Part shown: in pieces, positions 1 to 13,500 of the stretch | Layout: every line of letters starts with the position of its first letter | Position numbering within the stretch: the stretch's first letter is position 1 | Assembly: GCA_002633005.1 (NCBI GenBank) | Contig: NMRA01000079.1 | Location: 804,077-868,076 of the forward strand | Direction: 5' to 3' | DNA from: Phoronis australis | Lineage: Eukaryota; Animalia; Phoronida | DNA length: 64,000 nt | Program-made: the position numbers and the translations under genes | Notes under the pieces: generated by a model | What the model was told of the DNA's origin: nothing | Seen by the model: only the letters and a program-made list of their open reading frames with translations | Database searches by the model: none

Positions 1-3000
1 GGGTATACCGAACCACCAGCAAATGTTTGACAAACTTCTTCAGGAGATGCCAACGAGCACAACGCGACAAATACTCTCAAACCCAGCAGACTGCAAAACA
101 TCTTGACCGAGCCGAACATAACACGTTCAAGGGTAGCATCAACAGAGGCCACATTTAAAATTATATACATTTCTATCAAAATTGCTTAAGAATTAGCAAT
201 CTGGAATGACCATGATCTTATAAAACTTGGTCAAATTGAGCAATATTACTTTGCATATTGTTTTGCAGTGAAATATACCTCGCTTACAGTTGCAACGATA
301 GATTAACGCAAAGCTTTGTATCGACAACATTAGATGTACAGTATACCTGAGATTGTAAATTTTCAACTATATAGTAATTGTTGCACATTTTTGCTTTTCA
401 TCTTTTATCGAGATCAGAGAGTTAGAAATCTGCATTGAACTCAATGGAAATTTTCAATTTGACATTCAGTAAAATAAAGGACTTTCATGAAACCAAACTG
501 AATTAATTTGGCAGTGCAATATTGATACAGTTGTGAACAGAGTTTACATAATTCTTGTTCTTACATCTTTCATTCTAATTGATAATGGGTTTAAGATGCC
601 AACAATTTACAAAAAAGAAGAAATTGTGCCGGTGCATCTCTTGCATTCCTGTTATGTACCAATAACCAAATTTTCTTCCCTTAAAACAAGTTCCACAAGT
701 AGCAATGAACAAATGTCTACCAAGAATTCACCTGGACAGGCATTGGTTGACCAATGGCCTATAAGATTAGTTAAATTCAAATTTTATGTTGAAAGTTTCA
801 TGTGGAAGGCATTTTCATTTGTTTGTTTGTTTGGCAGTTAAAAATGGCCATTGAACCTTCCAAGGAGAGTAGCCAAATGGACAACGACATTTCTAAGGTA
901 AATATTTCTCTTTTATGCACCTGTTTGGTTACTGGTGTCATTTGTTAGATACAATTACGTGAAGCGTTTTTATAACTGTACTCTTGTGGTACATGTTAAT
1001 AAAACAAAGTACGAGACGCAAAATGGGCTAATTAACATAACCCGTGCGTATACTCCTTTTCTCTGCCTTTTTATCTAATGAAAACTAAAATGTGTGTTGT
1101 AAGCATGCCTCAATTTCTTCTAAAATTAAAGTAGTATACGCTGTGTGCTCCTGACTATTGACTTTTTGTTTGATTCTGTTCTGCCCCCGTGGCAACGAGT
1201 TTATATTCTGAACAGGGAGCCAATGACAGTGTTAGTAGTGGTTAGTTGACCAAGATTAGAAATTAAGATAATTTCAATATTTTTACCATGTTATTTACCT
1301 TTAAATTGATGTGAAACTTGTTAAAAATAAACAATTATCAAATGTATCTCAAGTTGGAGTTTTGGCTTATTACAAACTGTTGTCTTACATGTTTCTTTCT
1401 ATTTTGTTTTTTCTGTTGAACAATCGAGTAACACAGACCATGGTGAATTTAATGCTTTAAGACACTAGCTAGGTGTTCAATGTATATTGGAATTAACTGG
1501 ATATAGAAATTTTCTGTAGCATTAAGCAAGAGTGGGTTGTTTATTTCCAAAATGATGAATTGTTGTGCTTCAAGCAGTATATTTTCAAGTTTGGTTTTAT
1601 CCAAATTTAGTTCTGTGCAAAGCCAGTCACAAAAAGTGGCTTTCGTATGAAATATGCACTACCCAACATCAGGTTTTTTCAATCACTGCACCCTAAGTCG
1701 TATAATATTCATTAGCCTAACCTTTGCATGAAAGGGTTGAGGGAACAACAAACTGGCATTTCTCCACAAGTACAAAAGGGCTCCTCTAGTGAAAACACAA
1801 AATGGCCTCGAAGTCAAAAGATCACCAAGTTGTCTTAACGACAAGTTTTAAGACATTGCACAAATTAGTGCAAGAGCAAATGTGCAATTGTGAAACATAC
1901 ATCTATGGACTCAGTGATGAGGAATTTGTGTCAGATTATCTGTGTTTTTTGTTTGTTGCTTGTTAGATGTAGACGTCTAAGCAGTTCGTAAGGGCATATT
2001 TCTGTGTCTGATATTAGTTGAAGAGCAATGGTGCAGTACTTCCTGGTCAATCATTTTCAAACCTCACGCCCATCTGCTTATCTTCTTGTTCCCATTATTG
2101 TGTAGATACGATCTTATTGGAGATAATTAGAGCAATCATCGAACAAAAGAGAGCTGGCCCTCCAACCATAAATGCCAGAATGGGGTTAATCAGTCGTGTA
2201 AGATATTGGCAACAGGGGTAAACTTCCCAACTTGTTGTTGGGCTATTGAGAATCGAACAAGTTGGCAGCAACGGGAAAATGCCGTAATGAAGTCATTCTC
2301 AGACTAAAAAGTTTCGTCCGAGTATAAGCACTTCTGATGTGAAATTTTGGCGAGAACGTTCTCCTTCTGGACCACTTTACATATCCGAATTTGAGTCCCA
2401 TTACGAGCAACCGTCGCCGCATCCTCATTTCCCTCTCATCTCAGGAACATAGAGCTGAGAGTCATCGTCGTGTATACAAATTTCCCTTCCCCCTAACTTA
2501 AGCTGCGTCAAGGGCCTTACTCAACTACAGCTGTATAGGCCTACCGGGTCGATCTTTGCAAAATCTCAAAGGTCCACCGTTCCAGAAATTCGAACCACCC
2601 GCTGCGCAATGCTGGCTACGGGCCTGCACTCTGGGTTTGACGGTGTTCACACGTGGTCTGTAATAATTAAGCCTGGCAGATAATTGGCCTGCCTGCTCAT
2701 TGACACAGCAGTTGACGAAGTGCAAGCGTTGGGAACAAACATCAAAGATGCCTGGGTAGAATGGTTCCAAGACAAGCAAACCATTGGATCCCGCGATATA
2801 CAGATTCCTCGGCAGTCCAGACAACAGCAGAATAGGACTAACGTTCCTGGATACATACCCTCGTAATAAGTTATAATTCTACACAGTTTGCACATAATGT
2901 CGGTTTTTATGCTTGTATACAATGAAAACGAAATAGAAATTATTTTTGGTCATGCCAAATTTACCCAATACAACAGAGGGTCTACGAGTGCACAAAAACT

Positions 3001-3150
3001 GATTCTGGTTTGTATTTCCACTTGGCTCTGTCTGCTTCATATCCAAAATTAATTTCACGTAGTGCGTAGTTAAATTTGTACTCAATACTTGTTTCTTCCA
3101 GTGAGTATTACAGAACGGTGCGAAAACCCTTCCTAGACAACCTCTCGCAG

Positions 3151-4026
3151 NNNNNNNNNNNNNNNNNNNNNNNNNNNNNNNNNNNNNNNNNNNNNNNNNN
3201 NNNNNNNNNNNNNNNNNNNNNNNNNNNNNNNNNNNNNNNNNNNNNNNNNNNNNNNNNNNNNNNNNNNNNNNNNNNNNNNNNNNNNNNNNNNNNNNNNNNN
3301 NNNNNNNNNNNNNNNNNNNNNNNNNNNNNNNNNNNNNNNNNNNNNNNNNNNNNNNNNNNNNNNNNNNNNNNNNNNNNNNNNNNNNNNNNNNNNNNNNNNN
3401 NNNNNNNNNNNNNNNNNNNNNNNNNNNNNNNNNNNNNNNNNNNNNNNNNNNNNNNNNNNNNNNNNNNNNNNNNNNNNNNNNNNNNNNNNNNNNNNNNNNN
3501 NNNNNNNNNNNNNNNNNNNNNNNNNNNNNNNNNNNNNNNNNNNNNNNNNNNNNNNNNNNNNNNNNNNNNNNNNNNNNNNNNNNNNNNNNNNNNNNNNNNN
3601 NNNNNNNNNNNNNNNNNNNNNNNNNNNNNNNNNNNNNNNNNNNNNNNNNNNNNNNNNNNNNNNNNNNNNNNNNNNNNNNNNNNNNNNNNNNNNNNNNNNN
3701 NNNNNNNNNNNNNNNNNNNNNNNNNNNNNNNNNNNNNNNNNNNNNNNNNNNNNNNNNNNNNNNNNNNNNNNNNNNNNNNNNNNNNNNNNNNNNNNNNNNN
3801 NNNNNNNNNNNNNNNNNNNNNNNNNNNNNNNNNNNNNNNNNNNNNNNNNNNNNNNNNNNNNNNNNNNNNNNNNNNNNNNNNNNNNNNNNNNNNNNNNNNN
3901 NNNNNNNNNNNNNNNNNNNNNNNNNNNNNNNNNNNNNNNNNNNNNNNNNNNNNNNNNNNNNNNNNNNNNNNNNNNNNNNNNNNNNNNNNNNNNNNNNNNN
4001 NNNNNNNNNNNNNNNNNNNNNNNNNN
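3151..4026. other. Assembly gap
   Basis: N run. Confidence 0.99.
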
Positions 4027-4475
4027 CCCCCCTCCCGACCCCCCCCTCTCGGCGCCACGCGCCTAGGATTCGACCTTTGCGGGAATGCTAACCCCCCCCT
4101 TACTGAAAACGTAGATCCGCCCCTGGTCTGGTAAAGTCTCTGAACGGGAAAACGCTGTCATGTCTATCATTAAACCATTGTTTACTTGATGTGATACATG
4201 ACACACTCACAAGCATTGACGTATCTATACATCACTGACCTAATTCCTAGAAATGGCCAAGACAGCAACTTCCTTGTTCGCAGCGACACCTGTCTGTCAA
4301 TTCATCTCAAGTGTCTGCGGTCTGCAAACACTTTGAAAAAGCATGGTACGTTCGTGTGTTACATCTTCGACACAGCGAATTGCTTCTCCAGTTTCCTTTT
4401 TTAGTTGACAGGTGTTTCGAAAAACCGCATTTTTATTAGGGTGTCGCAATATTAAGAGGAAAAAATCGGCAAACC

Positions 4476-4572
4476 ATGAGCCGTCAAAGCCGACGTCAAA
4501 GCCGAGTGACGTCACTAGAGGTCAACTCTTGTGTTATTACCGTTCTTCCTTATATCAGGTCACTACTCACAG
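4476..4572 (+). CDS. Tentative first coding exon (signal-peptide-like) of the CUB protein
   Basis: aaaccATG, MSRQSRRQSRVTSLEVNSCVITVLPYIRSLLT, donor ag|gtaaac in phase 1 matching the next exon. Joins to give a moderately hydrophobic ...SLLTVVCFVPAG. Confidence 0.45.
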
Positions 4573-7500
4573 GTAAACAGGTTATTGCGACTTAACACAT
4601 GATTAGACTGCAGTACATATCGCTACTATGTAAGTATCGCTTGGTTTTCATGAAGTTAACGTTCATCACTGAAAATTCCAAATAGCTACTGTCGCTGACT
4701 GTCGCCACCACAGCATATAACACATGTATGTCACATTAATTGTCCTTGCTTGCTTGTTCTCAGTCTCACGGCTAACTTGTCCTAGTTAAATTGGTTCTCT
4801 GGATTGATGTACAAGGTCATGCCGCATGGCTACGGGTAAAACCAAGGTCTCATGAGCTACCCATCTCCGTTTTTCAACTCTCGTCATGCGCTGCCCGTGA
4901 CGTTCAGAGAACGTACGATTCGTTCAGGCCCGTGTCGTGGTTCGAGTTGAATCCCTCGGCCGCGGAAAAAAATCCAGTCCCAGCATTCATACGGATAGGT
5001 CTACACCAATGGAATTGTTGCAGATATTACTGGTCATACTAGCTACTTGCTTCTGATTCAAAACGCTTCAAGTAATTACACAAGGCCGTACACTGCAAAC
5101 TTCTCCAAGTGGTGTTTAGGTGAAATCACAGGATCGTGCAGACCGGTTAGAGACGGTTTAGAGAATTTTATATTGGCAGTCGAGTAAACACATTGAACGC
5201 CGTACAGTATTTGACTAAAAATAAACTTTTACAATTAAATAGCTGCGAGACAGGTCCAAAAGTAACGTGTGAATGCCTTAAAATTGACCAACGAACAACA
5301 CATCATAAAACTGTTTTGTTCAGTGCTATTTCTGTATGTTTGCCAGCATAGTACATGTACCGGCGTTCAGAGCAGGCTATTTTCAAATTTGTAATTGAAA
5401 GTTGTCGTCGTACAGTATATGCTGTGCGTCCAGTGCACACTTTACGAATTGGCTCAGTTTGGATTAATTGGTGGATTGACATGCACAGTGTGTACACGTT
5501 TGTACTGTACGTTTTCATTCTTTAAAATTCAATACACATAACTTCACTAGGCAGTTCTCCGTCGCTGATCAAAAAACCAGCCCTCTGTGCAGTAAGGCTA
5601 GGGCCTCGCTTGAAAGTATAAGACTTTTCGAGATTAGGTGAGATATTGCTGTGTGTTTTAAATGAGAACACATGATTCTGGGAAGATTTTATCTAGGTCC
5701 TTGCTAACATATGGTCCTATAGCGCTACTCAACGCACGCCAGGTATTTAACAACCGCTCTTTCTTGTACTGAGAAAATTCCGACATGCCTGGTCCCATCA
5801 CTCGGAAAAAGTAAGTCTAGACCTAATAAAAATGTTTGGCCTATGAAGAAAAGTCTTTGCTTGTAAATTACTGTCAATGGTGCACAGACAACGCTCTCAG
5901 AATGCCAAAACACTTCATTGAGGCTCTAAACATTGGTAAGACAATGGGTTCCGACCAGACGTTTTATTTTTGCTGACCTGATGTCTGTGGGGTACCCGAA
6001 TTTCCAACCAAAACTTGCTTTGTCGACTAGATAAGGTAGGGTGTTTTTAAACAGCCACGGTTGCAAGAAAAAAGGCCAAAGGAGCAACCGTGACAAACTG
6101 CACGTTGTTTCTCAAAAACAACTGGTTTGAAAAATAAACAAATGGCATTCATAGCCATCGCACTTACAATAAATCTCAAAATGCCAAGCCAATGCAGCAT
6201 GTACCAATTTCCAATGGAATTCAGTGGGCTGTGGCTCGAAAATACTATTGACTACCACTTTACCTAGAGCGATGCCCCAGCAGCACCTCAGATAACCCAG
6301 TCTGAATGGGTTTTGAGAAAAAGGGGTTTTTAAAAAATAATATGCTATGTGCACTGCTCTCCAAAACGCTGTTATTCAACAGTTACACGAAGGACTATCA
6401 AAAATAGGACGCTTTTTCATGTACTTTCAAACGAAAACGAAGCGATGATTTTGAGGACTGTATCTGTTTTTTTGAGATTTCGCCTTGAATATTTTTAGGA
6501 AAGTAAATGTGGTTTTGATACGGTTGTTTTGCTGTTGTTGTTAGTTACTTATTTGTTGAATTTCACTGAAAAGAAATGATCACGTGACCCATTTAACCAT
6601 TTAATGGTATGAAGTCAAGAACCAAACTCAGTATTCTTTCTACTTTCAGAAAAAATACATTGTAGTATCTTGCGGAGCTACTATATTCAGTACTCATGTA
6701 CATGTAGATATTTGACTTAACGCACACGACTTCCCAACAAGGTCTTACAAAGACTTAACACTGGGCCCAGTGCCAGACCAATACCGAGGCAGTACGGTAG
6801 TGGGCCCTGACAGCTTTTGCGGTGTTGGGCCACTATTGGGTCCGTGTAATTTCTGCGTAGAGATTTTGTTGTGAATCAAGTTGACAACCAATGGACAATC
6901 GCATTGTGCTGGACACTATTAACTTTTCTTCGTACTCGGAATTGGTAACAAATGTATAAGTCCAAAATTCGAATTGTGCAAGGTGCCTCTACCTGGTCAG
7001 TACGTATAATGACAAGGACTGTTTCAGTAATTTTGGGGGTAAGAGCAGCAGGGTGATATTTAGAGAACTGATTGACGGATTTCAATGAAACTTAACACAG
7101 AAGTATGTGACGACAAAGCGCCGATTCGGCCAGACTGGACTACTGGTGGCCGTTTCTTTCTTTACGTGATGGTACAGTGTACATGTACATGTACGTTATG
7201 CGATCACACATATGAGCATATTTTATCGAGTGTTGTCTGCTGTGTTTCCTTGTGTTACGTTGTGTTAATCTTAGTCTGCCAAACCCTTTGGTTGTTCTTT
7301 GTAAAGTGAAGTACACTTTACCTGCCGATTATACCAAACAATTTACATGTAAGGTATAGGGAAGAGGGTGTCTTAACACGACTTTCTTGTGTAAAATATA
7401 CTTTTAAATTTGATAACTTTAAGAAGGGTTATACAAATAGATGAACAACAAAATACTACTTAACACTGTAACAACGGAGATTGCCACTGTTCCAGTGACG

Positions 7501-10500
7501 ATTTATGACACGGAGAAATGTCCTACATGGATCCATCACATACGTGGTTTAAAAATGTCCTCGTTTACTGGCAGAGTCGACTTACAGAACCAGGTACCGC
7601 TGGGTCTATTCGTTGAATTCGAAATCGAACTCGCCGTTTTACCTTAGAGTGAACTCAATATAAATCTTTATTATTCTATTCTCCAACACATTATAGTTTG
7701 CGCGTTTGGGTCTGTAGCTTTATGTTCACGTGCTCTTATAAAATCTCGAAATTTAGAGTTAAGCCTTGAGTTTTGGAGTTCAGGCTCCAACGTACGTGTA
7801 TCTATAATACAAGTGCGAAGAAAAATTACTCTTCCCTCCAAGTAAAACTATAATGTTATCGAGCACATAATTATAAGACATTTGTCTTAAGTAATTCGCA
7901 GAAAGTGGAATGATACTGAATGTCAAAAATAATTCCAAGTTCGATTTCGAGCGCAGAGATTAGACCCCGGACCCGGATGTAACAAAATCCTGAAAAAGTC
8001 GGCTGTAGCTGGCGAAACGTTACTTTCAGTTGTCAAGTAATTCCAGGAAAGACATGCATGCTTTCTTCGCATTATATTGTTCCCAGATGTCAGTGTGTCT
8101 TTGACGTTTGTGTTGTTTTATCGCTTATGGCTGAGGTTCCGAATACTCATACATGTATACCTGTGATACCTTGACGAGGCTGTGATAAGAACACATCGTT
8201 GGACAATGAACAGGCTAATTATCGACGTATCTATTTCCACAATATTGCAGTTCATTCGACAAAAATTTGAAAAATTTCAGGTCTTGATTATCGGTTCAAT
8301 TTGGGTGGCTCATGGAAGTAGGCCTAAACATGGGTGGCGCACCATAAGGGGCTGGGGGGACTATAGCCCCCCACTTTTTCAGTGCTCCGGCACCCATGAT
8401 CTATGGTCGGTACACAACAGGGGGGGGGGGGGGNNNNNNNNNNNNNNNNNNNNNNNNNNNNNNNNNNNNNNNNNNNNNNNNNNNNNNNNNNNNNNNNNNN
8501 NNNNNNNNNNNNNNNNNNNNNNNNNNNNNNNNNNNNNNNNNNNNNNNNNNNNNNNNNNNGGGGGCTATAGCCCCAGTTTTTCAGTGTTAAATCACTCCTG
8601 TAGAAAGTCAATTTTAGCCTAAAATATGTTGCATAAAGCCAATTAACAGCTTCAGGAAGTACTATTCACGCCAAGCGGTAATGTGCTGCCAGTGACAAAG
8701 ACACTCAGCCTATAGCAAATACATGTACATGTACATGTACAGGCCTACATACAGAAGATGGCAACGGCTGGAACGACCCACGCTACTAATGATCCTAGTG
8801 GTGATATAAATGTGCGAGTCCCCCGTTCGTCAGGAAGTCGTGTAGTAAATGAAATCCCTCGATTAACTGATACTCAAATCTTATGTTTTCAGTGGTTTGC
8901 TTTGTCCCAGCTGGCAAATGCAGGGGAGGACACTTTTCTGGTAAGTGACAACTTTGGAGAGCCGCAAGTTGTTTCTTAAAAGTACATGCAAGTACTGTAG
9001 GGTACATGTACGTGGCTCTTTAAAACAGCTGTGTATTGTACTAGGAAAAACAACAACTAAACAAATGTTTGCTTCGTGCACAACTCGACGTAAAGAATAC
9101 AGATGTATGTAGGCTTTGATGAATGGTGCAAAGGGATCGACAGCGTTGCTATCGGAATCTGTTAATGTCAAGAATGACCTTCGAGAATTGTCAGAATTTC
9201 GCTAACTTTGTAACGTCACGTCTAGGATTCCTATACACTGTTGTCTGAAACGCTGTTAAGATTTGTTTTTAAAATGTTTCAATTTTGCTCATGGTACACT
9301 GTACTGAAGGTTTTCAAGCACTTTTTGAATAAATAAAAATTTCTTAAAACGAAAACGTAAAAATAAATTAGGAAACTGGCGCAGCATTTTTGAGATTTTA
9401 TCGTAATAAATAAAAATGTATTCGAGGTTACATTGGCATGAATATTTGTTTTTTCTTTGTGAAATGTTTGTATGCAAACCTGGTTTACTAATTTATAATC
9501 TACATTTTTTTAGGGAATCTGTCATCTCCAAACTATCCTTACCCTTATCCTCATGACAAAGTCGTATCGTGGACTCTCACAGCGCCATCAACAGCTAAGG
9601 GATTTATTCAACTTTGTTTCAACGACTTCATGACAGAGAAACACTACGATTCGCTGACCGTAAGTGTTCTGTTGTATAATTCGGGAGCATCTGGCGTCAT
9701 TGATCCTGGCTTGAGCAGTGATTAAAATGGCCAGTTCCCGATTTGAACAACTGAAGTAAGGACTGCTCGAAAACAAGCCACCAAATAAATGATGCTCTGT
9801 GCACCCTAAGTAGGCACAGTTTGATGGAAATGTCATCCTGTCCACCGTACCTTCAAACAAGTTGGTTTTCATACTGAAATAAACCGTTCAGTAAACAGGC
9901 TGCAGGTAGTCGTTTGTTTCAAAATGTTAAGCCAACTTTTACAAAATTACATTACTCTGTGCCAATCACAGTTTATTCATGTTGATGGTAGAAATCAATT
10001 AAAAGGAAGTTGTTGCAAACAGTTTATAGCGATAGTTTGCTAATTTCATTATGTCTTGCATGTATCCCCTAAAAATCGACAAAGGCTTATACTTGGGTTG
10101 GCTTAGTTATAAGTCCTCTGGTGCAGAATGTACAAAGTAATTACCCATTGAAACTCAGGTTTTCCTCCTTTTTGCAAATCCAAATGATACCTGTAATAGT
10201 TGCAAGGCTTAAACTGCAGTAGCAGTTGCTTATTGTCACAGAAAGAAGTCTGTTGTTGTATCAAGTCGCGAGTTAGTGTGGAAATGTCAGTGTGTTTCAG
10301 ACAGATGTATTATTCCCTTCTTCATTTCTTCATCAACAGTACCTCTACCGTAATGTAAATGTTATGATTTAGCAAAAGACCTCAAAAGTCCTCGTTTTTA
10401 CTTGTATGTCATTTGGAGACGAGATTAATCTTCAGGGGTTTCTTCTGGTGGAACGGAAGCACTTTTGGAAGAGGCTTTTTTACTGGAAGTTTTTTCGAAA

Positions 10501-13500
10501 GTTTTTACTAATTTGAGATTGTGAATTCTTGTGGAAGAAACGTGAACAGAACATAAGATGATTATGCTGTAATCCAGGCATGTTTTTAAAAACATCTCAA
10601 ACTTTATTCACAAAAAATTGACCGTTTTTACAATATTTCACATATGTCTGACAAAATACATTATTTTTATTCTCGGGGAAGATGAAATACCAAATGCATG
10701 CTGTGAAGCGACAAATTAAAAAAAATAAATAAATAAAAATAAAAAATAGAACCACCTTGGAACTGCACAAACGCGTGTAACTTTGTTTGTTTCTAATCCG
10801 AGGTCAAAGGTGACAGGGCTGTCACTCAAATCGAATTCTCCCAAGCATAGAACAGCTCCATATGAACCTTCAGTCCTTTCATTCACCGACCGGAGTCGCC
10901 ATAATGTTAAGTAAACGAGGTGTACACATGATGGAAAGATGCCCGGGAAAACGAAGACCAAACGTAGTTTTGATCCTAAAAGAGTGCGTCTACATGCATA
11001 AGCCTACGACCATGTGAAAACGAATGCTCAGTCGGAGTCGCCGCACGCCTCTGCGACTTATTGTTCACGAACGCAGCAAATTGTAAATTAAAACAGATAC
11101 ATTCTCACCAAATTCATTAATTTGATAGGTAATTTGACAGTTTGCTGCGCACGACGCGCTTTAACCAGTGACTCGATTTCTGTTGTTTATTTGATTGGAC
11201 GCGGTCACAACATTAAACCGTTTTACTGATAATTACGCACTGCGTATTCAGTTGGCATTGCGCGTTAATGCGCGTGGCTGAGGCATGCAAAGTTTATATT
11301 GGCCAAAAACAAAATTTCACCGATGAATTGACCGAAGACTTTGAGATTGTCACGACTCACAACTTAATCGGCATTTTATCGGTTTCGGTAAATTGACTTT
11401 ATTTGTACTAAGGTAAATAAATTCTGAAAAATGGCATGGTGCATTTTGTTGAAACTTTCCAAACTTAATATTTATTCATCAATCGCTGCTAGGATTTTCG
11501 ATATAAAGGCCTTATAGTTTTTGCTCAATGTAACAAAGACGAATACGACTGGTATTTTTTTACAAAAATACTTTACGTTTTGAGAGTTGACTTGTCATAG
11601 AAACCAAGTTAAAAGACTAATCGAAAATTCCTAACACCGTTTTTGAGATAACTGGTGATGTTTTGTGTTAAAAAGGTTTCCGACCGTCGACCGAGGGGTT
11701 ATTTTTCTATGAAATCAATCAATTTACCTTCCTTAATGTAATAACAATGATAGATAAATATAAAATATATTTTTGTAATCCCTGATCCTTTTTTGTTGAC
11801 AAAGCCTGATTTTTGATATACGAGTTAGCATGGAAGCCACGTTTGAGATAAACTTAAAAAAATTGAAACGAGACAGTATACATTTGCTTGAAAACTGCAA
11901 GAAGAGCCGTCAAACGCGAGTAACACTGGTTTCAGACTATTAACACCCGGTATTGTATTGCGGTTAATTTAGGCCTTCTAACTACCACAGATAAACCGTT
12001 TGATTACAAAATGAAGGCAAACTTATGTTTAAAGGGGTAACTACCCTCTCTGCTTACATACATGTACATGTATCTGTTGGACGGCAACGAGGGAAAGGTT
12101 TAGCTTGACTTGATGTCTTGATATGAAAGGTTAATTCATGGTGACAGTGCATGGGCTTATACCCGAGTAGACAAGCTTATGAGGCATGATAAGTTAAACA
12201 AGAGTTGGGATAATACTCATTGGTAGAGCTAAGCCCTAACGGATACCGTATAGTGTACAAACATTTGTCTGTTGTAGGTACAGCATGACATGCCTCCCAC
12301 ACAGTTCCGAAAATGCCTTGGACCCACCCACTCTTGACTTCGCATGTCATTAAGTCAAATGATGATCTAAGCTATCGTAACGGGCNTGCAACTGCAAGAA
12401 AATGTGTTCGGTTAAAATGATGTGCCCGCTTTTTATTTACCTTTGATCGTGTGCAGATGAGATTCGTGGGAACCCTGACTCTCTAGTCTACCTATACCCC
12501 CTGATGCGCCTACATGTTCAGGTACACAGTGTACAGTGTATGCCTGCCCTCGGCTGATTTCTATGAGACTATGCTCAAGGGGCTGGTGCAGCCTTGCTGA
12601 CAGTTACTTCATCAATTAGTTTTTTTTTTCAATCGAATACAAATATTCTCACACCCGTTCTTTCTGGGTACAGGTTTATACTGCGAAGACGAACCCCATT
12701 TCTGTTGGGAGTCACCCGTTGTACCGCTTCAGCGGCAGTGGACCGAGATTTAGATGTTTACCAACACAGGACCGTAACGTGACGTTAATCTTCAGGTCTG
12801 ATTCGTTCCTCGCGTTACGAGGATTTCAGCTGGAATATAACATGACACCAGACAATGACACAGGCATACCGTCTCCGTTAGGTAAGAAACAAGACTCCTT
12901 GTCGATCAGCGCTATTTGCAACTTTCAAACAACGACTTAAGAGGGCGTTGTTTTGATCACTTATTGGAAAAATAACAGCTAACAGCAAGCTCGTAAGAAA
13001 CCCGGTCCGTATCACGGCACCTTGTACTCTGGCAACAGATTTGCACAGGTTCTGCCTCCTGCTTATGCTCTAATACGAGTCTATTGTATGGAGTATAACA
13101 ATTATTGCATCGGCGATGGCTTCACGGCAATAAAACAGTGGCTAAAGTAAATCTGTGTATCATATAGACTGTTTTAAAGTGTTCTGCTCCGGGAATGAAG
13201 TCCTCGTAAATAAACGAAATAGGATCATTTTAATCCGAAGGAATACGATTAAAAATTACTGAAACACATAAATGTGTGTTAAACTTCGGTTCTCTGGTAA
13301 CCGTTGATGAGTGGTTTTAGAATCTGGGCGCCATTAAGCGTTGGGTAGCGGTGTGACAATATACAGTGAACATAGGGACGTATTGTGGACCCCAAGTGTG
13401 TTGACGATTACGCTGCTTACCAGGATTTTAGAGCATGCGCGTATCCAGAATTAAAGAAAGGAACAGGATATTGTGAAACCTACTGTTTTATTATGATATG

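Noticed and set aside
2018-2922. Cluster of short overlapping ORFs
   Set aside because: No recognisable motif in the frames I translated, and frequent stops.
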